Shown here: in pieces, positions 49,876 through 63,790 of the stretch
Numbering within the stretch: the first letter of the stretch is position 1
How the letters are laid out: the number at the start of each line of letters is the position of its first letter
NCBI GenBank assembly: GCA_003427395.1
Contig: BFEA01000023.1
Coordinates: 135,882-199,881 of the forward strand
Source: Chara braunii
Taxonomy: Eukaryota; Plantae; Charophyceae
Length of the DNA: 64,000 bases
Direction: 5' to 3'
Made by a program: the position numbers and the translations under genes
Notes under the pieces: model-generated
Seen by the model: the letters and a program-made list of their open reading frames with translations, nothing else
Databases searched by the model: none
Told to the model about the DNA's origin: nothing

Positions 49876-50586
49876 GTTGGGGACAGTTCGGGGCGGTTAG
49901 CAGCGGTTGGGGACAGTTAGGGGTGGTTAGGGCAGGGTGGGTCACAAATGTGGATGGGGGGACAGTTAGGGGTGGTTAGGGCAGGGTGGGTCACAAATGT
50001 GGATGGTTAAGGGCGGTTAGAGGTGGCGGTTAGGGGCAGTTGGGAACATTTAGGGGCAGTTAGGGTCGGTTGGGGACAGTGAGGTGTGGTTCGGGGAGGG
50101 TGGATCACAAGTGTGGATGGTTGTGGGTGGGTGCATAAAATTGTAGGTGGGTACGAGTGGGTAGGGGTGAAGAAGGCTGTTGGTGAAAACAGCTGGAGAT
50201 ATCAGAAGTGAGAATGCTGACATGAGTAACAAAAAATCAGGTGAAAAACATGATCGTCGAAAGTTCAAGGGTTTCTGCATTCAGTCAATCTACGCAGAGT
50301 GAAAAAGAAACGGGTTGGGTACGGTACAGGTGGTTAACAACAGGTTTGGGTGTAAGTCGCCATGCATAGTTTTGAAACAGAAAGTCCATGGGCAGTTATG
50401 GGCAGTACTGTCTAAAGGGGTTCAGGTAGGGCAGGTACGGGTACACTTTTTTTTTCTTGAGCAGGTAAGGATGGGTACAGCTCCGTTAGGCCATCTATAC
50501 AGTGATTATGGGTGGTTAGTAGTTTTCAAAGAGGCTGTGGGTAGGTAAGGTACAGGTATACCCAAAAATCTCAGTTGCCACCACCG
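48867..50586. mobile_element. Non-autonomous hAT-type DNA transposon (1.72 kb)
   Basis: TIRs CAGAGGTGGCAACTG / CAGTTGCCACCACCG; 8-bp TSD CGGTAGCT / CGGTTGCT; many subterminal GGTAC motifs; no transposase. Confidence 0.8.
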
Positions 50587-50661
50587 CGGTTGCTCTAGGC
50601 TCGGTAAGGCTCGGCTTACCAGTAGCCGGAGGCTCGGACTTCATAGCTGAGCAACCTACTG

Positions 50662-50812
50662 GTGGTTTAAAACTCTATAACAAAGTGGTTTAAAACTCTA
50701 TAACAAAATGGTTTAAAACTCTATAACAAAGTGGTTTAAAACTCCCAACTCTATAACAAAGTATAAAACTCTCACCTCTATAACAAAGTATAAAACTCCC
50801 AACTCTATAACA
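50662..50812. repeat. ~23-30 bp tandem repeat (CTCTATAACA core)
   Basis: About six units seen. Confidence 0.85.
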
Positions 50813-51649
50813 GACTATAGACACCAGCTCTACGCGCTGGCTTGGAGGACTTCCTCGGCAAACATCAAAGATCTTGTAACCAACCACAACATGATAATGA
50901 CGGTCCATTGCCCTCGTTGCCGATCTGCCACGCACAAAGCATGCCAATTACAAATGACACCATGCCCCACTATCCCAGGAAGCGAATAGTTACTTTGCAC
51001 GACAACGAGGACAAAGCCATCTTCCCTGACTTTGACATCATCGATGCACATCTCTTGACGTAAGTTTTCATGAAAAAATTCCTCCCTTCTTATTCCACTC
51101 CTTTCCACTGAAGAGGTTAGAAACGTTGGACTGTTTTTAATCACGTGTTTGTGATCTTATATGAAGTCGTATCATGATTTCCCATTATGTCCACCCCCTT
51201 TCCCTCCTCCCCAACAGTGTAGTTATTTCACTGAATTGCCAAGATAGGCCGGGTGTCGCTGCCCTCCTTGGATGGTTCCAGAGCAAATGTTCGTTTGGTT
51301 GCATCCGCTGCCATCTTTACTCGCTTCTGAAGAATCAAGTGTGACCTTCCCTTTCGGTAGGAGGTCAATCCCCCGCTCTTGCCGAGATAGTGTCACAGTC
51401 CACACAGCAAGTCAGCATCAGAGCACGGCAAACACTCAATGACCTGCACCACTCTGCCTTCATCAGAAAAGACAAAGCTCATGGAACAGGTAGAGTGCAC
51501 TTGAATAATGCCAGCCACAACAGGATGGCACTCGTGAAAGAGAAGCCAGGCAAGGAAGATACTTTCCTCACTCGATGACCTGTTGCAGGTTCGCTCGCAA
51601 AAACAAATGTGACAGCTGATTCAGAAGATGGTGGTGGCAACTGATCGAT

Positions 51650-51723
<74 letters not shown>

Positions 51724-51747
51724 NNNNNNNNNNNNNNNNNNNNNNNN

Positions 51748-51785
<38 letters not shown>

Positions 51786-51911
51786 ACAAATACACACAAA
51801 AAACAATCCCCTCAGTATATTCTTGTCCTCATCCTGGTCTCCATATTCTAGTCAACATCAGTATGATCTTGCCTTGTCCTCGTAGGTCATCTTCATCTTC
51901 ACTCCGCATGG

Positions 51912-51984
<73 letters not shown>

Positions 51985-54900
51985 CCACAGACAGATGCCT
52001 GCCCACTCCGCGTTTGTGCACGCATGTATGTGTACTTGTGCATGTTCATGCATGCATGGGTGGTTGTGTTCGCTATGCATAACTCGACAAAAAGAGCACG
52101 AGTGAGCCAGACTGTTTCGTCGGACTAACTTGTCAAGAGGTTGAACCCCAAAGGTCTCCCCTCGATGCACTTCCACACTTGCATGCGCTTGTGTGCCCAT
52201 GCAATGTCATGGTGGCTATACACACCTCCACCAAAGAAGGCAGTGCGGGCAAGCCCTCAAACCAACAGGCCTTTGTACTCCACTACAGCGGGGGCGCCTC
52301 CCTGCAACGGCCCAATGCCTGCCAGGTACAGACATTTCTTTCCCTACGGGCCCGTACAGGCCGTCTTCTCAACGGGCACGGCGATCCAGACCATCCGCAG
52401 TCCTACCAGCCTGACAGTTCAGATCGTCGCGCAATCTTGAAGTCTCAAGATTGCACAATGATCTGAACCGTCAAGTCCGTAGGACCGCGGACGGTCTGGA
52501 TCATCCCACGATCTTAAAGACCTAAGATTGCACGACGCACGGCGATCCAAACCATCGGCCCGATAGGACAGCAGACGGATTGCCCAATTCTCACATTAGG
52601 GATTTCTACAAGTGCAGGGACAAGGACTACTTGCCACATCAAACCAATGTTGGCTGGGGCAAGTTTCACCGCATCAGCTGTACATGCAGGCTGCCTCTTG
52701 CATTGGATGTCGTTCCAAGCAACAAGCACCACCGAAAGGCATAAGGAACTACAAACTCCCTTCACACCCCTTTGCACCTGATGAAGCGAGGGCAGGACGA
52801 CAGCTGTCTGAGCAACGAGGCAAGACAGGACGGCAGAGAAGTCCCTGCCTCAAAAGAGGTTGCCTACAAATGGATGATGCATCGACTACCNTACTCCTCT
52901 ACATATATAGAATACAGTCATTATATGAAGTAATATAACCCTCTTGGTTCTGGCTCCTGCCATTCTGGGGAGCAACAGTCCGGTTCCTGCCTCAAAAGAG
53001 GTTGCCTACAAATGGATGATGCATCGACTACCATACTCCTCTACATATATAGAATACAGTCATTATATGAAGTAATATAAACCTTCTGCCTTCATCAAAA
53101 AAGACAAAGCTCATGGAACAGGTAGAATTTTTTTTTGTGTTCGACAGACAAATTTGCTTCCATGAGCTGTGTTATTATCTCCTCTTCCCTTCTGACAGGT
53201 ATCTCTCATTCTCCGTAAGAAAAATGGTGTCAGAAAGTTTTTTTTTTTTTTTTTAAAGTAAATCAGAACCTCTTGGTTCTGGCTCCTGCCATTCTGGAAA
53301 GCAACAGTCCGGTTCCTACTAAAGCTACCAACCAGATAAGACTTCTTATGTTGGCAGACCTTCACTCTTTGTTTTTCTTTGTCTAGCAGACCTTCCAACA
53401 GACACGTTCGATCTGTACAGGTAATACAAAGCACAGCAGACTTCAATCAGTGCAGCAATGTTCAATAACTACGCGCACACAAATTTGTGAGTCGACACAT
53501 CGAGTCAACTGCTTGCACACAAATTTGCAAGTCAGCACGTTGCCATCAACGGCATCAAGAGAGCATCCTGCAGACTTCTATCAGTAGTGTAAGCAGGCAC
53601 ACACAAATATGCCGCCATGCAACCCATCATCTCAACTGCGTGCAAACAAATTTGCACATCAGCATACAACAGCGCTGTCCTTCTTCCGACTTCGATCAAC
53701 ACAGAAGATTCTCATTCGCCCATATTCACGGCAGTTACACAGCACAAGTTTCATCTCCCCATGCCCCCAGATTTTACCTCTTTCTCCTTAAAAGGCAGAC
53801 AGCACTTGTGACACTCAAACCTTCATGGAGTTCTTTCTCACTTCAACGTGTTTGCTGTTCGACAACACTCAAGTCCACACCGTATTTCTTACAGAGAATG
53901 AGAGATACCTGTCAGAAGGGAAGAGGAGATAATAACACAACCACAATCTAGAACCACTGAGAACAAGTTGCCTTTCAAAAGTGGCACACTCCATGTTGGC
54001 TTTAAACACAATCAAAACGCAAACAAGTTACCCAACTCGTCACAGAAACGCTGAACGTGATTGCAGGCACCCAAAGCTGACCACTCTCCACAAAGGCTGC
54101 TCCACACACTCTCATTTCCACTACCCCACACCCACTGGACTCCGCACACAATGGCAATAGCTCTGTTGCTCCCAGAAAACTGCCACGACGCCTCCAACAA
54201 GATACATTAGCTGAGATAAACTAGTGTACTTAGCTGAGACAAACACGTCCATCTGTGGGTAATCTCTTTTCGATTATAGACAAAAGAGCACGGGGAGAAG
54301 ACGAGAGGGGAACCCTCTATGGGAATTCTATTTCCAATTGCAAGCTAGAGAGCATGGGAAAAACAAGAGGAGAAGAAAACAGGACACAAGCAGAAAAAAG
54401 ACTGAAAACAGAAACAGGACATGAAAGTAAAAAAAAAAAAAAAGAAACAGGACAGGAAAAGACTGAAAACAGCAACAGTCGACTCCGTTCGAGATACGAG
54501 AAGAAAAAACGAGGCGGAACAAAAAGAGATGCACTCGCTTTTCGCTGGCAAAGGGAATCTTTTTTCCAATACAGGCACGAGAGCAGGGGCAAAAGAGGAG
54601 AGGAAAACTTAAAAAAAAAAGAACCATAAAAATAAAGAGATAACAGAAAACAATTAACTCAGCCTGAGATGCAAAGAAGAAAGGGTGGAGGAAAGCCAAA
54701 GGACACATCGCAAAGCTTGGGTTGGTTCAAACCACGATCAAACTCTTTCTCTACGGTAAACAAACAACACGCGCGTGAATGAACACACCATTTGAATGCA
54801 CACATTCCAGTGTGCTTTTCCCCTGGAGAGCTCATACACGAAAAATTGAAGTCCCGTTTCCGTCGACGGACCCACTCTGCTACCTCAACATACCCTCGTC

Positions 54901-55062
54901 AGAGAGACAATATCATCGATTTTCGGTTTACACGAACAGAAAAAAAAAACAAAAAAAAAAACGACAGAAGCGCTTAAAACCCCGCGGCACACTTTCATCT
55001 TCCTCCTGCCATTGGCGATCGATCAACCACTACCGCTCCTTTCTTCCTTTCTCTCTTATCTC

Positions 55063-55162
55063 TTATCTCTTATCCTCACGCGGCGTGGCCCACTCAACCT
55101 TCAAGATGAGATTGTCATAACCGTAACCATTGATCTTCGAGATCGCACGGATAGCATCGTCC
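55063..55162 (-). CDS. EIF3G: eIF3 subunit G, last coding exon (RRM C-terminus)
   Basis: After acceptor TTGCAG (55163) it reads (R)DDAIRAISKINGYGYDNLILKVEWATPREDKR*; the phase matches exon 1. Confidence 0.95.
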
Positions 55163-56422
55163 CTGCAACACGTCACAAGCACACAACCGTTCCTTGCTGA
55201 GAAGCCGTATTTTTAATAACATCTTTATTATCTTTATAACATAATAATTAGCAAACAGGGCAGTGAAAACACATCGGAGCAAGAATCAAAAGCTCACACT
55301 GCAATAAAATAAGCCAAAACGAAACGTGCACTCCACAAATCCGGTCACCCAAACATAAATACTGGAAGTCAGTGACGTCCGCTATAGTATAAGCCAATAA
55401 GCGAAAACGACAAGTGCAATCCGTGATAGAATTAAGCCAAAAAAAAAATAGAGAAATGCGCTACGTCAATCCCTTCATCTACACATAAAATAAGACAGTG
55501 ACACCACAATGCCTCCTACGATATCGCGGGCTCACAGTTCATGTGGCTGAATTGTATACAAGATATTAAATTACTAGTTATTCCTTAAAAAAACTAAACA
55601 TCATTTCTGCAACAAACCCACCCATAGGTGGGAGAGCTAAAGAAGAAACTAATGAAAATCCTGTAAGCATAGGAAACATTTTTGGCTTTATCAATGCAAT
55701 ATATACCACCCAGCTCACTTAAACAAATAAAAAAAACATAATTTCTGCAACAAACCCACTCATAGTTGGGAGTGGCTAAAGAAGCTAATGAAAATCCTGT
55801 AAACATAAGAGACATTTTTGGCGTTTTCAATGCAATATACCACCCACCCAGTTCACTTCAACTAATCTTCAACTGTTACTCCTTTTGGGGATTTAACTTT
55901 GCCGTTCCTTTCTTTTCCTTGTCGCAATTTCGGCGTTTTGTGGAACCGAAATCGCCACCGCTTCCCGCCAGAGGGATGAGATGATTTCGGTTCAGAAAGC
56001 GCTGAAAAGAATTGCGGCGAGGAACGTCAAAAGAAGTTCAATGATCAAAAAAGAGGTAATAAACAGCCTACAGGTTGAGAGTCTTGAGACCTGAAGGAAT
56101 CAAATTGATAGAACAACGTAACGAGATTCTTTTGACGTTCCTCGCCGCAATTCTTTTGGTCTATCAATTTGATGTATCCTTTCGCAAAACAAAATCGGAC
56201 GAATTAAAAATCGTTTCTCAGAACGCAACCTTTGCATCGAAACGATATTCAAGGAATATATGACTTCAATTTTCAGGCTAAGGGGAAAGTCAATGAAACT
56301 TTCCTGCATGAATCTGACCACAAATGCGCGTACATTCGGTCGACAAAATGAGAGTGTGCCAAAGCCGCTGCACTATCGATTACTAGACGTCACCTTTGAG
56401 ACAGACAGACAGCTCAGAATCC

Positions 56423-56495
<73 letters not shown>

Positions 56496-57949
56496 CATCG
56501 ATTAGCCCTATCAGTCTCTCTCTCTCTCTCTCTAGCTCGCTCGCTCCTTTTCCTTACCGCGTACGGCTTCCGTGACGATCACGTGTCTGCTGTGCTTGTG
56601 TGCATCGAGCGGGTTCACTTGTCTTCACCGACTGATTTCTTCCTACGTAGTCTTCCATTTACTCTATCGTCACCTAACTGTCGAATCCCTAATCAACTGC
56701 TTCATTTACAGTTTGTGCATACCGTTATCTGGGCTGCCCTAAACTATAGCCACGTTCACACACTTGAAAAATTCAACAGCGAGTATGCCCTAACCTTCGC
56801 AGGGCACCCAACCCGTAGCCGCATCTATCACCATCGTGCAATCTCCTGCCTAACGGCCGTGCAACGTTTCCCCGTCAGGTGACGCTGCAATCCCGACTGC
56901 AATGAAAAGAGAGATGGCCTCCACTCGAAAAATGCAACCCAAACAAAAAAAAACTCCCAGAAGAAAAGCATGCGCGTACTTCATAATAAGCTGAATGGAT
57001 ACAATCAACTCAAGATTAGCCTTTGTCGACGCCATGCACTCAAAAGGCACCCAATAGCGTGAATTGCCGGCGAAAATTGAAGCCCCACGATAATCGCCCC
57101 CCCCCCTACTCCTAGGCAGTTAAATTAGGGGTCTGAACAAATCGATCTGACATACGATTTGCAGGTATGTAATTGACAGGATATCCAACTACGTTTGGTG
57201 CATGAAAAATAAAACTTTGACAAGAATATTGCAAACGCTGCCCAACCTACTAAATCTTCCGAGTGAAATAACATAAACTGACGCCTTCATATACATAGAT
57301 AGGCATCAGAGAGCCCATCCCGGACCCTCCTATGTGCAAACTCCCTCCCTCGCATACAGCTCTCACGTAGGTCCTTAGTTAGCGGCTGTAAGTAAGACGT
57401 AAGCCGGCAGAGGCTTGGCAACCGCGACCTGGATGGACGCTGTGTGAATGATCAATCAATCAAATCTGTCTTCTCCATAGGACCCTTTGTGCGATGATTA
57501 CCCACTTCGCCCGAATAGAACGCCCGGTCATTGTAGAAGCTGTAATTAGCGCAATTTTCATTTTAGTTGTAATCGGGGAAGGACAGCAGGAGGCAGCTGA
57601 CCAAGCGCGAACGAAAACAAACGCGACGTGAAAAACGAATTTCTTATTCGTTTCTTAATGAACTACATTTCAAAACAGTTGCCCATACTTTTGAGGGTGG
57701 CAAGAAGAAGACAGTGCACAACATATTCCCCAATTCTTGTCCTTTCATTAAGGGACTCTGAAACGACTCCGCAAATGAAAAATAGCTCATCAACCAACGA
57801 GCCTAGCTCAGTTGGTACAACCAGGAACCATTCAAATACAGCCCTGCGTTGAAACGCTGCTGCAAACTTGGTCAATGGAAGGGAAACAAAAAAACGAAGC
57901 TCATCATCACACATATACCTCGGGTAAACTTCCACAACGGACATCTAGT

Positions 57950-58550
57950 GCGGAAGACAAAGGGGAAGCCGAGAGGACAACCGACCACACCGGAGGAGCA
58001 ACAGCAGCGCTAAAGCGGGGAACACAAGTGCCACTGCATGGAAGATACTATAAGATAGAGAACGTCTGCTGCAACCCTAGGTCAGCAGAGATGAGGGGAA
58101 GCCGAGAGGAGAACCGACAACACTGAGCAACAGCAGCGCTAAAGCGGAGAACACAAGTGCCACTGAATGGAAGATAATATAAGATAGAGAACGCCTGCTG
58201 CAACCCTGGGAGAGCAGAGATGGAGAGAGAAACAACGCTCATGCGATACCCCAAGTTGAAAAGAAGCCGAGAGGAGAACCAACAGGGGAGGAATGACTAC
58301 GGCGGCAAGCGGAGATAAGAGACAGAACGTCCGCTAGGGCAGCAGAGATGGAGAGAGGAACGACGCACAAAGTGATACCCCAAGTTGAAGAAAAGCCGAG
58401 AGGAGAACCAACAGGGGAGGGGGAATTGACTATGGCGGCCAAGCAGAGAACAAGACAAGCGCCTTGGAATGGGAGATAAAGAGATGGAACGCCCACTAGG
58501 GCAGCAGAGAGGGAGAGAGAGGGACCACATATAACACAAGTGATACCCCA
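57950..58550. repeat. Nested diverged local duplications (~120-130 bp units) in the eIF3g intron
   Basis: GAGCAACAGCAGCGCTAAAGCGG..ACAAGTGCCACTG twice; AAGCCGAGAGGAGAACC three times. Confidence 0.75.
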
Positions 58551-58768
58551 AATGCGTACGTCTACATGACCCTAGGAGGACGAGTACTGACGAGAGAATC
58601 TACGTATTTGGCCTTATCGGTAGGAATAGGAATACTGAAGAGAGAAAGCGAGTTCTGAGAAGTAGCAAAGACTGGATTAGACAGACCGGAGGAAAAGGCG
58701 AGCGCTCCATAAGGAGGCAACAATCGCATACGAAAGTTGGCATTACGACATAGTAATACACCTCGAAG

Positions 58769-58842
58769 AGTGGGGATTCAGGGACAGTGGCGATTCAGGG
58801 ACAGTGGGGATTCAGGGACAGTGGGGATTCAGGGACAGTGGG
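58769..58842. repeat. 17-bp tandem repeat x4
   Basis: AGTGGGGATTCAGGGAC repeated. Confidence 0.9.
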
Positions 58843-58907
58843 GCCCAAGCGAAGGAGAGAAACGGTAGAAGCTCCGTTCGAGTGCCGAGAGAAGGCCATC
58901 AATGGTG

Positions 58908-59038
58908 GTTCCTTCCCGAGGGACCCACCATCGAAACTGAAACGACACAGAGGAGAGATTCGCATGGATCCTGCGCCGGGATGATACGCATAAATCGAGA
59001 ATAGGTCCAAATTCAAAAAGAAAAAGAAAAAAAAGAAA
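58908..59038 (+). pseudogene. U6: Second, more diverged U6 snRNA retrocopy with A-rich tail
   Basis: AACGACACAGAG..AGATTCGCATGG.TCCTGCGC..GGATGATACGCATAAATCGAGAATAGGTCCAAATT followed by AAAAAGAAAAAGAAAAAAAAG. Confidence 0.8.
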
Positions 59039-59840
59039 GTACAGAGGACGTAAACCATGTGAAGAAAAAGGAGAAAGAGCTGATGAACACGATGTAGTAA
59101 ATGGGAGCTGCAAACTGCACCGAAAGGCAGGGGACGTAACCCATGCGAATAGGAAGGAGAACGACCTGATGAAAAGAACCAAGGAGCAGAGGCGATGGGA
59201 AATGGAGAGAGCAACCCAGATGAAGACAGCAACCCAGATGAAGACAGCCAGCACCGACTCGCCACAAATTTCTCAACTTGAACAAGGAGAGAGTGTGATG
59301 ATGAACCAAAAACAACAACAAAAAAAATGATAATGAAAAGTTACAGATGCAGAGAGACGCAGAGAGGCGGGCAAGCGAAGAAGGATCGACAAACGGAACC
59401 CCAAACTTCACAAGCGGAGAGAAGAAGATACAGTACCGTTAGAATAGCAGCGAGGCACGAGAAAAAAGGGGGCGGACGAGGAAGCGGAAGCGAGGAGAAC
59501 ACGCATGTCGGGCTACGTAACGAAACCGTGGGAACCACAGAGAAAGGACAGGAGAAGAAAGGACAGGGAGAGAAAGGAGAGAGGAACTTTTCTTGGTTGT
59601 CGTCAATATCGTCGTTTGTTCATTGGCCAATCTCCGCCTGTAAACTTCGGTTCAGCGTATTCCTTCACGTACTCCTTGCGGGTGCAAAAATTGAGTACCT
59701 TGGCGGCGGAAGAGAACTGCCTGGCAAGTAGAGTACCCATAATTTCGAATAGAAGCGCCCTATTAATTGCCTCCCGAAGTGGGACAAGTACTCCATCTAC
59801 CTCCTTATTGGGGGACGAACTGGGGGAGAAGTGTCCAACA

Positions 59841-59980
59841 TAAGAAGCAAAGGTTAATAATAAACGTCTAACGTTATAAGAAGCAAAGGTTAATAATAAA
59901 CGTTTAACGTTGTAAGCAGCAAAGGTTAATAAACGTCTGACGTTGTAAGAAGCAAAGGTTAATAATAAACGTTTAACGTT
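59841..59980. repeat. ~35-bp tandem repeat x4
   Basis: TAAGAAGCAAAGGTTAATAATAAACGTYTAACGTT repeated. Confidence 0.9.
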
Positions 59981-61131
59981 CCGCGGCAGAGATTCGAGGC
60001 AGAAACAAGCGTCATACTATCCGATCAAGGCATTCTAACACAGACCAGGGCACACAATCCACATAACATCAAGGCACTATAAGAGAAGAAATGACAGCAT
60101 CATCCATATGACTTGCCACTGATCACTGANTCAAGGCACTATAAGAGAAGAAATGACAGCATCATCCATATGACTTGCCACTGATCACTGACATCCCGCC
60201 CGAAGAAGGCTCTACGTAAATAAAATATACCAGTAATTTAATATACTAGTACTTCAATGAGTAAGATGGCACAGTACACGCACACCCACGGCGTCATGTG
60301 CGCGACTGTGGCAAGCGAAAGACCGGAGTACGGGGACACTTCCGCCGCCTTGCGCACAGCTGTCGCCGGCTTGCACACCAATTCCGCCGCCTTGTGTCAC
60401 CACTTGCGCGCCGCCTTGTTCACAACTTGCTTGCCCCGCCGCGCTCTTGAGTGAGACAAGTGCAAGATACTAAAGGCGGCGTGTAAAAACAGGAGAGAGA
60501 AAAGGCTACGCAATAAGGTAATTATACGCAGCAAAGGGCGTGGTTACGAGAGTAGAGGGGGAGAGGGATGTAGAGAGGGCGTGAGGAGAGGTGGTTAGTC
60601 GGAAAGGAGTTCGATAGAAGACCTCGACAGACGTAATTAGAGACTAGAAACAGTGTAACAAGAAACGGGAGGAGAGACTGGCAACAACACAGGAGAAGAG
60701 ATCAACAGACGAATGAATAGGAAGGACAGAAAGGAAGCCAGTAGCCCAAAATCGATTGACGAATGAAACGCAGAGAAGAGAACGGCGAAAACACGGACAG
60801 ATAGAAAGAAGAGGGGAGGAGAGGTGAAGAGGAGAGGAGTCGGGCAGAAAAGGAGGTGCAAGGACAAGAAGAAATACCTTGAGATTCCCTTCGTCGTAAG
60901 AAAAGGTGTGCACGAACGGGAAGAGGCCTCGAAAGCAAGAGACGGAAAGGACATGACGCTCACAAGTCGGCAGAGGGAAGAAAACAGGCAGAGTAGAGGA
61001 CACGACGGGACTTGGAAAACACGGCGCGGAGGAGACAGACAGGGGATGGGGGAGAATTAAAAAATAAAAAAAAAAACAGAAGGATTTGAACCAGCTGAAG
61101 GAGGACAAGCCAAGGAAAGTCTAAGTCTAAC

Positions 61132-61913
61132 CTGTTGACGAAGTTGATGAAGGCAAACCCTCTGCTCAAGCCAGTTTCTCTATCGAACGCCACATAGATA
61201 CGAGAGATGGGTCCAAAAGGTCTGAACAACTCCATGAGGTCCGCCTCCCTCGTATCTTCAGAAAGATTTGTGACACGAATGGAGTTATCATCTCTTCCTC
61301 GTTGCCGCATTCCCTCTCCCTCCTTGTTCGCCCCTGCTCTCATGCTAGGCGGCACGTACGCTCCTCTTCCGGGCGCTGCCCCTGCAGAAGCCGCACCTGG
61401 AGCACCGTCTTCCGTTGGCGCCTTGTCCTGGAACATACCATCCTTCGCCAGATCCTTGTACGGACACTTTGACGTCCAGTGATCACCCTTCTTACCGCAG
61501 ATACGGCACACGATGAGAGACGTATTCCCGCTGGCCACCAGTCCTGCCAACTCGTTCTTCTCCGCCTCCTTCCCTCCGCTAGGGCCTTTCACTCTTTCCA
61601 AGAAGATCTCTTCCGTCGATACGATCGTAACGTTCTGATTGCCCGACACGAGGGCTGCGTCGCCAAACTTACGCCATTGCCGCCGCTTAATTACATTCTT
61701 GTTCATTTTCTTCACCTGCTTCTTGACTCTGCTCTTCGTGGTAACCTTGACCTTCTCGTCGCGTTCATTGTACCTGTACTCGATTACGATCTTGTAACCA
61801 TTCTCATCAGGACCCAGGACCTGGATGGGCGGCAGAACTCCCTCTAATCCATCATCGCCGTCGTCATCCAAGTCGTCTCCCCACCGCACTCTGCCATCGA
61901 TTGGAGGCGCCAT
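61132..61913 (-). CDS. EIF3G: eIF3 subunit G, first coding exon; spliced product 293 aa
   Basis: MAPPIDGRVRWGD, zinc knuckle CRICGKKGDHWTSKCPYK, YVPPSMR, RRM SIRVTNLSEDTRE..SRGFAFINF. Donor AG|GTTAG at 61131; exons total 882 nt. Confidence 0.97.
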
Positions 61914-63688
61914 CTTCGCGCGCGCAACCCTAGAATCCCACACACAGAAAGACTGACAGGGACGATTTCACAAGCTGTAAACGATAGGAACGGTCTAGGT
62001 ATAGGCTGTCTTCTATCTCGTTGCGCTCCGATGACTATCTCAAGAGGGTCAGGATGCTCGGAAACCAGACCGGACAGGAAAGCCGGTGCAAGTACACGAT
62101 ACCCGTGGCGTCGCTGCCAGACGGACAGAGTACTTCAACTCCTGCTCCTGTCCGCTCACTGAAGCGACGGCGGGAAAATGCGTTCCTGTATGTGGTTCGA
62201 ACGACGGATATGGCGACAGGACTTGCGTCCGCAGCGCAGAGTGAGGGCGGAGTTGGGTTGAGTTGGGTTGACCTCCGCCGCGCCAGATAGAAAGAATATC
62301 GGAACCTGGACCGTGTTCGTTTCGGCGCACGGGGCTTGGCGTGCGCGGGGCTTGGCGTGCCAGGCCGTGCCCACGGCCAAATGGAGACCAAAGAGCGCTC
62401 CAGGTTTTGCGTGCGTTCCCAGGCCTTTCTCACCTCTTTGGACCAGCTGCTAACTGTGACATTTGCTGGTGGCACCTTGAAACCATTACAGCGGCAAGCG
62501 CCACGATTGTGGAACCAGGACTGCGTTGGAGGGTGTGGAATTTCATAACCCGTAAGGCTCCAACGCTTTCACAAGGTTTTGCACGCCCTGATGGAACCGG
62601 AACTGCATTGGAGACAGGCCCACGAGGCTCCAACGCTTTCACACGGTTTTGCACTACGGGGTGGTCAGGATGTTGTGGGAGGCTCTAAGGTGCTGGGAAT
62701 GTTGGGAATATAATTCTGGTATAACTGGACGCCACTACAATGAGGGCGGGACACCGCTAGAATGTGCCCTCGAGTTCGTTAGGTTGAAGTTAGATTCTAG
62801 TGGCGTGGAGTGAAACAGCCACCACTCCCCCCGACAGCCGAAAACCCATGGCCCTGTGAGTTAGGGTCAGATTCGCAGCGGCGGGTCCAATCCCATCATT
62901 TGAAAGCCGCAACTTCGGCAATTTTTCGTGCTCAGAGTAATTCTTTAAAATTTTTTAAAGCTTGAGGGTCCGTAGATTAGGTCGTGATCTTTCAAGAAAA
63001 AAATATCAGAAAAAAATAAATAAAATTATTTTGATTGTGAAATACTCATCGCGTCGATTCGACACATTTTTAATTTTTTTTGCAAATTTTATTTTTGTCA
63101 TTCATCCGGTTTTTCACTCTATGTTATCGGTACCCCTCGTGAAACGGCACTACTAATAGAAGGAGTTTCTTTGCATCGGGAGAAGTGGCGGTTTAATGGA
63201 TGTCAGTCCTTTCTAAAGTTGTAGACGGAGGAGGGCAAGTCCGGTTGTAGCACAGTGGCATGGAATAACGCCCCTTCTAAAGTTGTAGACGGAGGAGGGC
63301 AAACCCAGTTGTAACACAGTCCCAGTGGCAGCATAGTGCCGTATGTTTTTCAGTGGTTGAGATAGCTTATGACCAATGTCTAACCGCAGGGACGCGAGGA
63401 ACATATACCTAAAATAAATTGCGATATCACTAATAAATTATGTTTTAAAAATAATAGTAAAAATAATGTTTCGCAAAACAACACTTACACTTGTATCTTA
63501 TCATGAATAATATATTTTTTATGTTCATGATTGTTTTTTTAATTTACTAAGAGCATCCTTGTTGTAAGGAATGAATAATTTTATGGGTTAATATTTTTTG
63601 GGGATTTCAATATGACCGCTAACATGAAAAATCAAAAAAGGAATAAGAACAAATTGAAAGTTTGTAGGTTTGTGATATTGTTGTGTCC

Positions 63689-63790
63689 TGGGTTGCCGGC
63701 GTTCGGGACGGGCCGAACGCCCGAACCCGAACGCCCGAGCGTACGGGACCCCTTCGGAAGGTGTTCGGTAATTTGGGCCGAACACGAAAA
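63689..63790. mobile_element. Possible DNA-transposon end with CCGAAC subterminal repeats
   Basis: CTGGGTTGCC followed by clustered CCGAAC/GTTCGG motifs and then AT-rich sequence; the other end is not seen. Confidence 0.3.
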
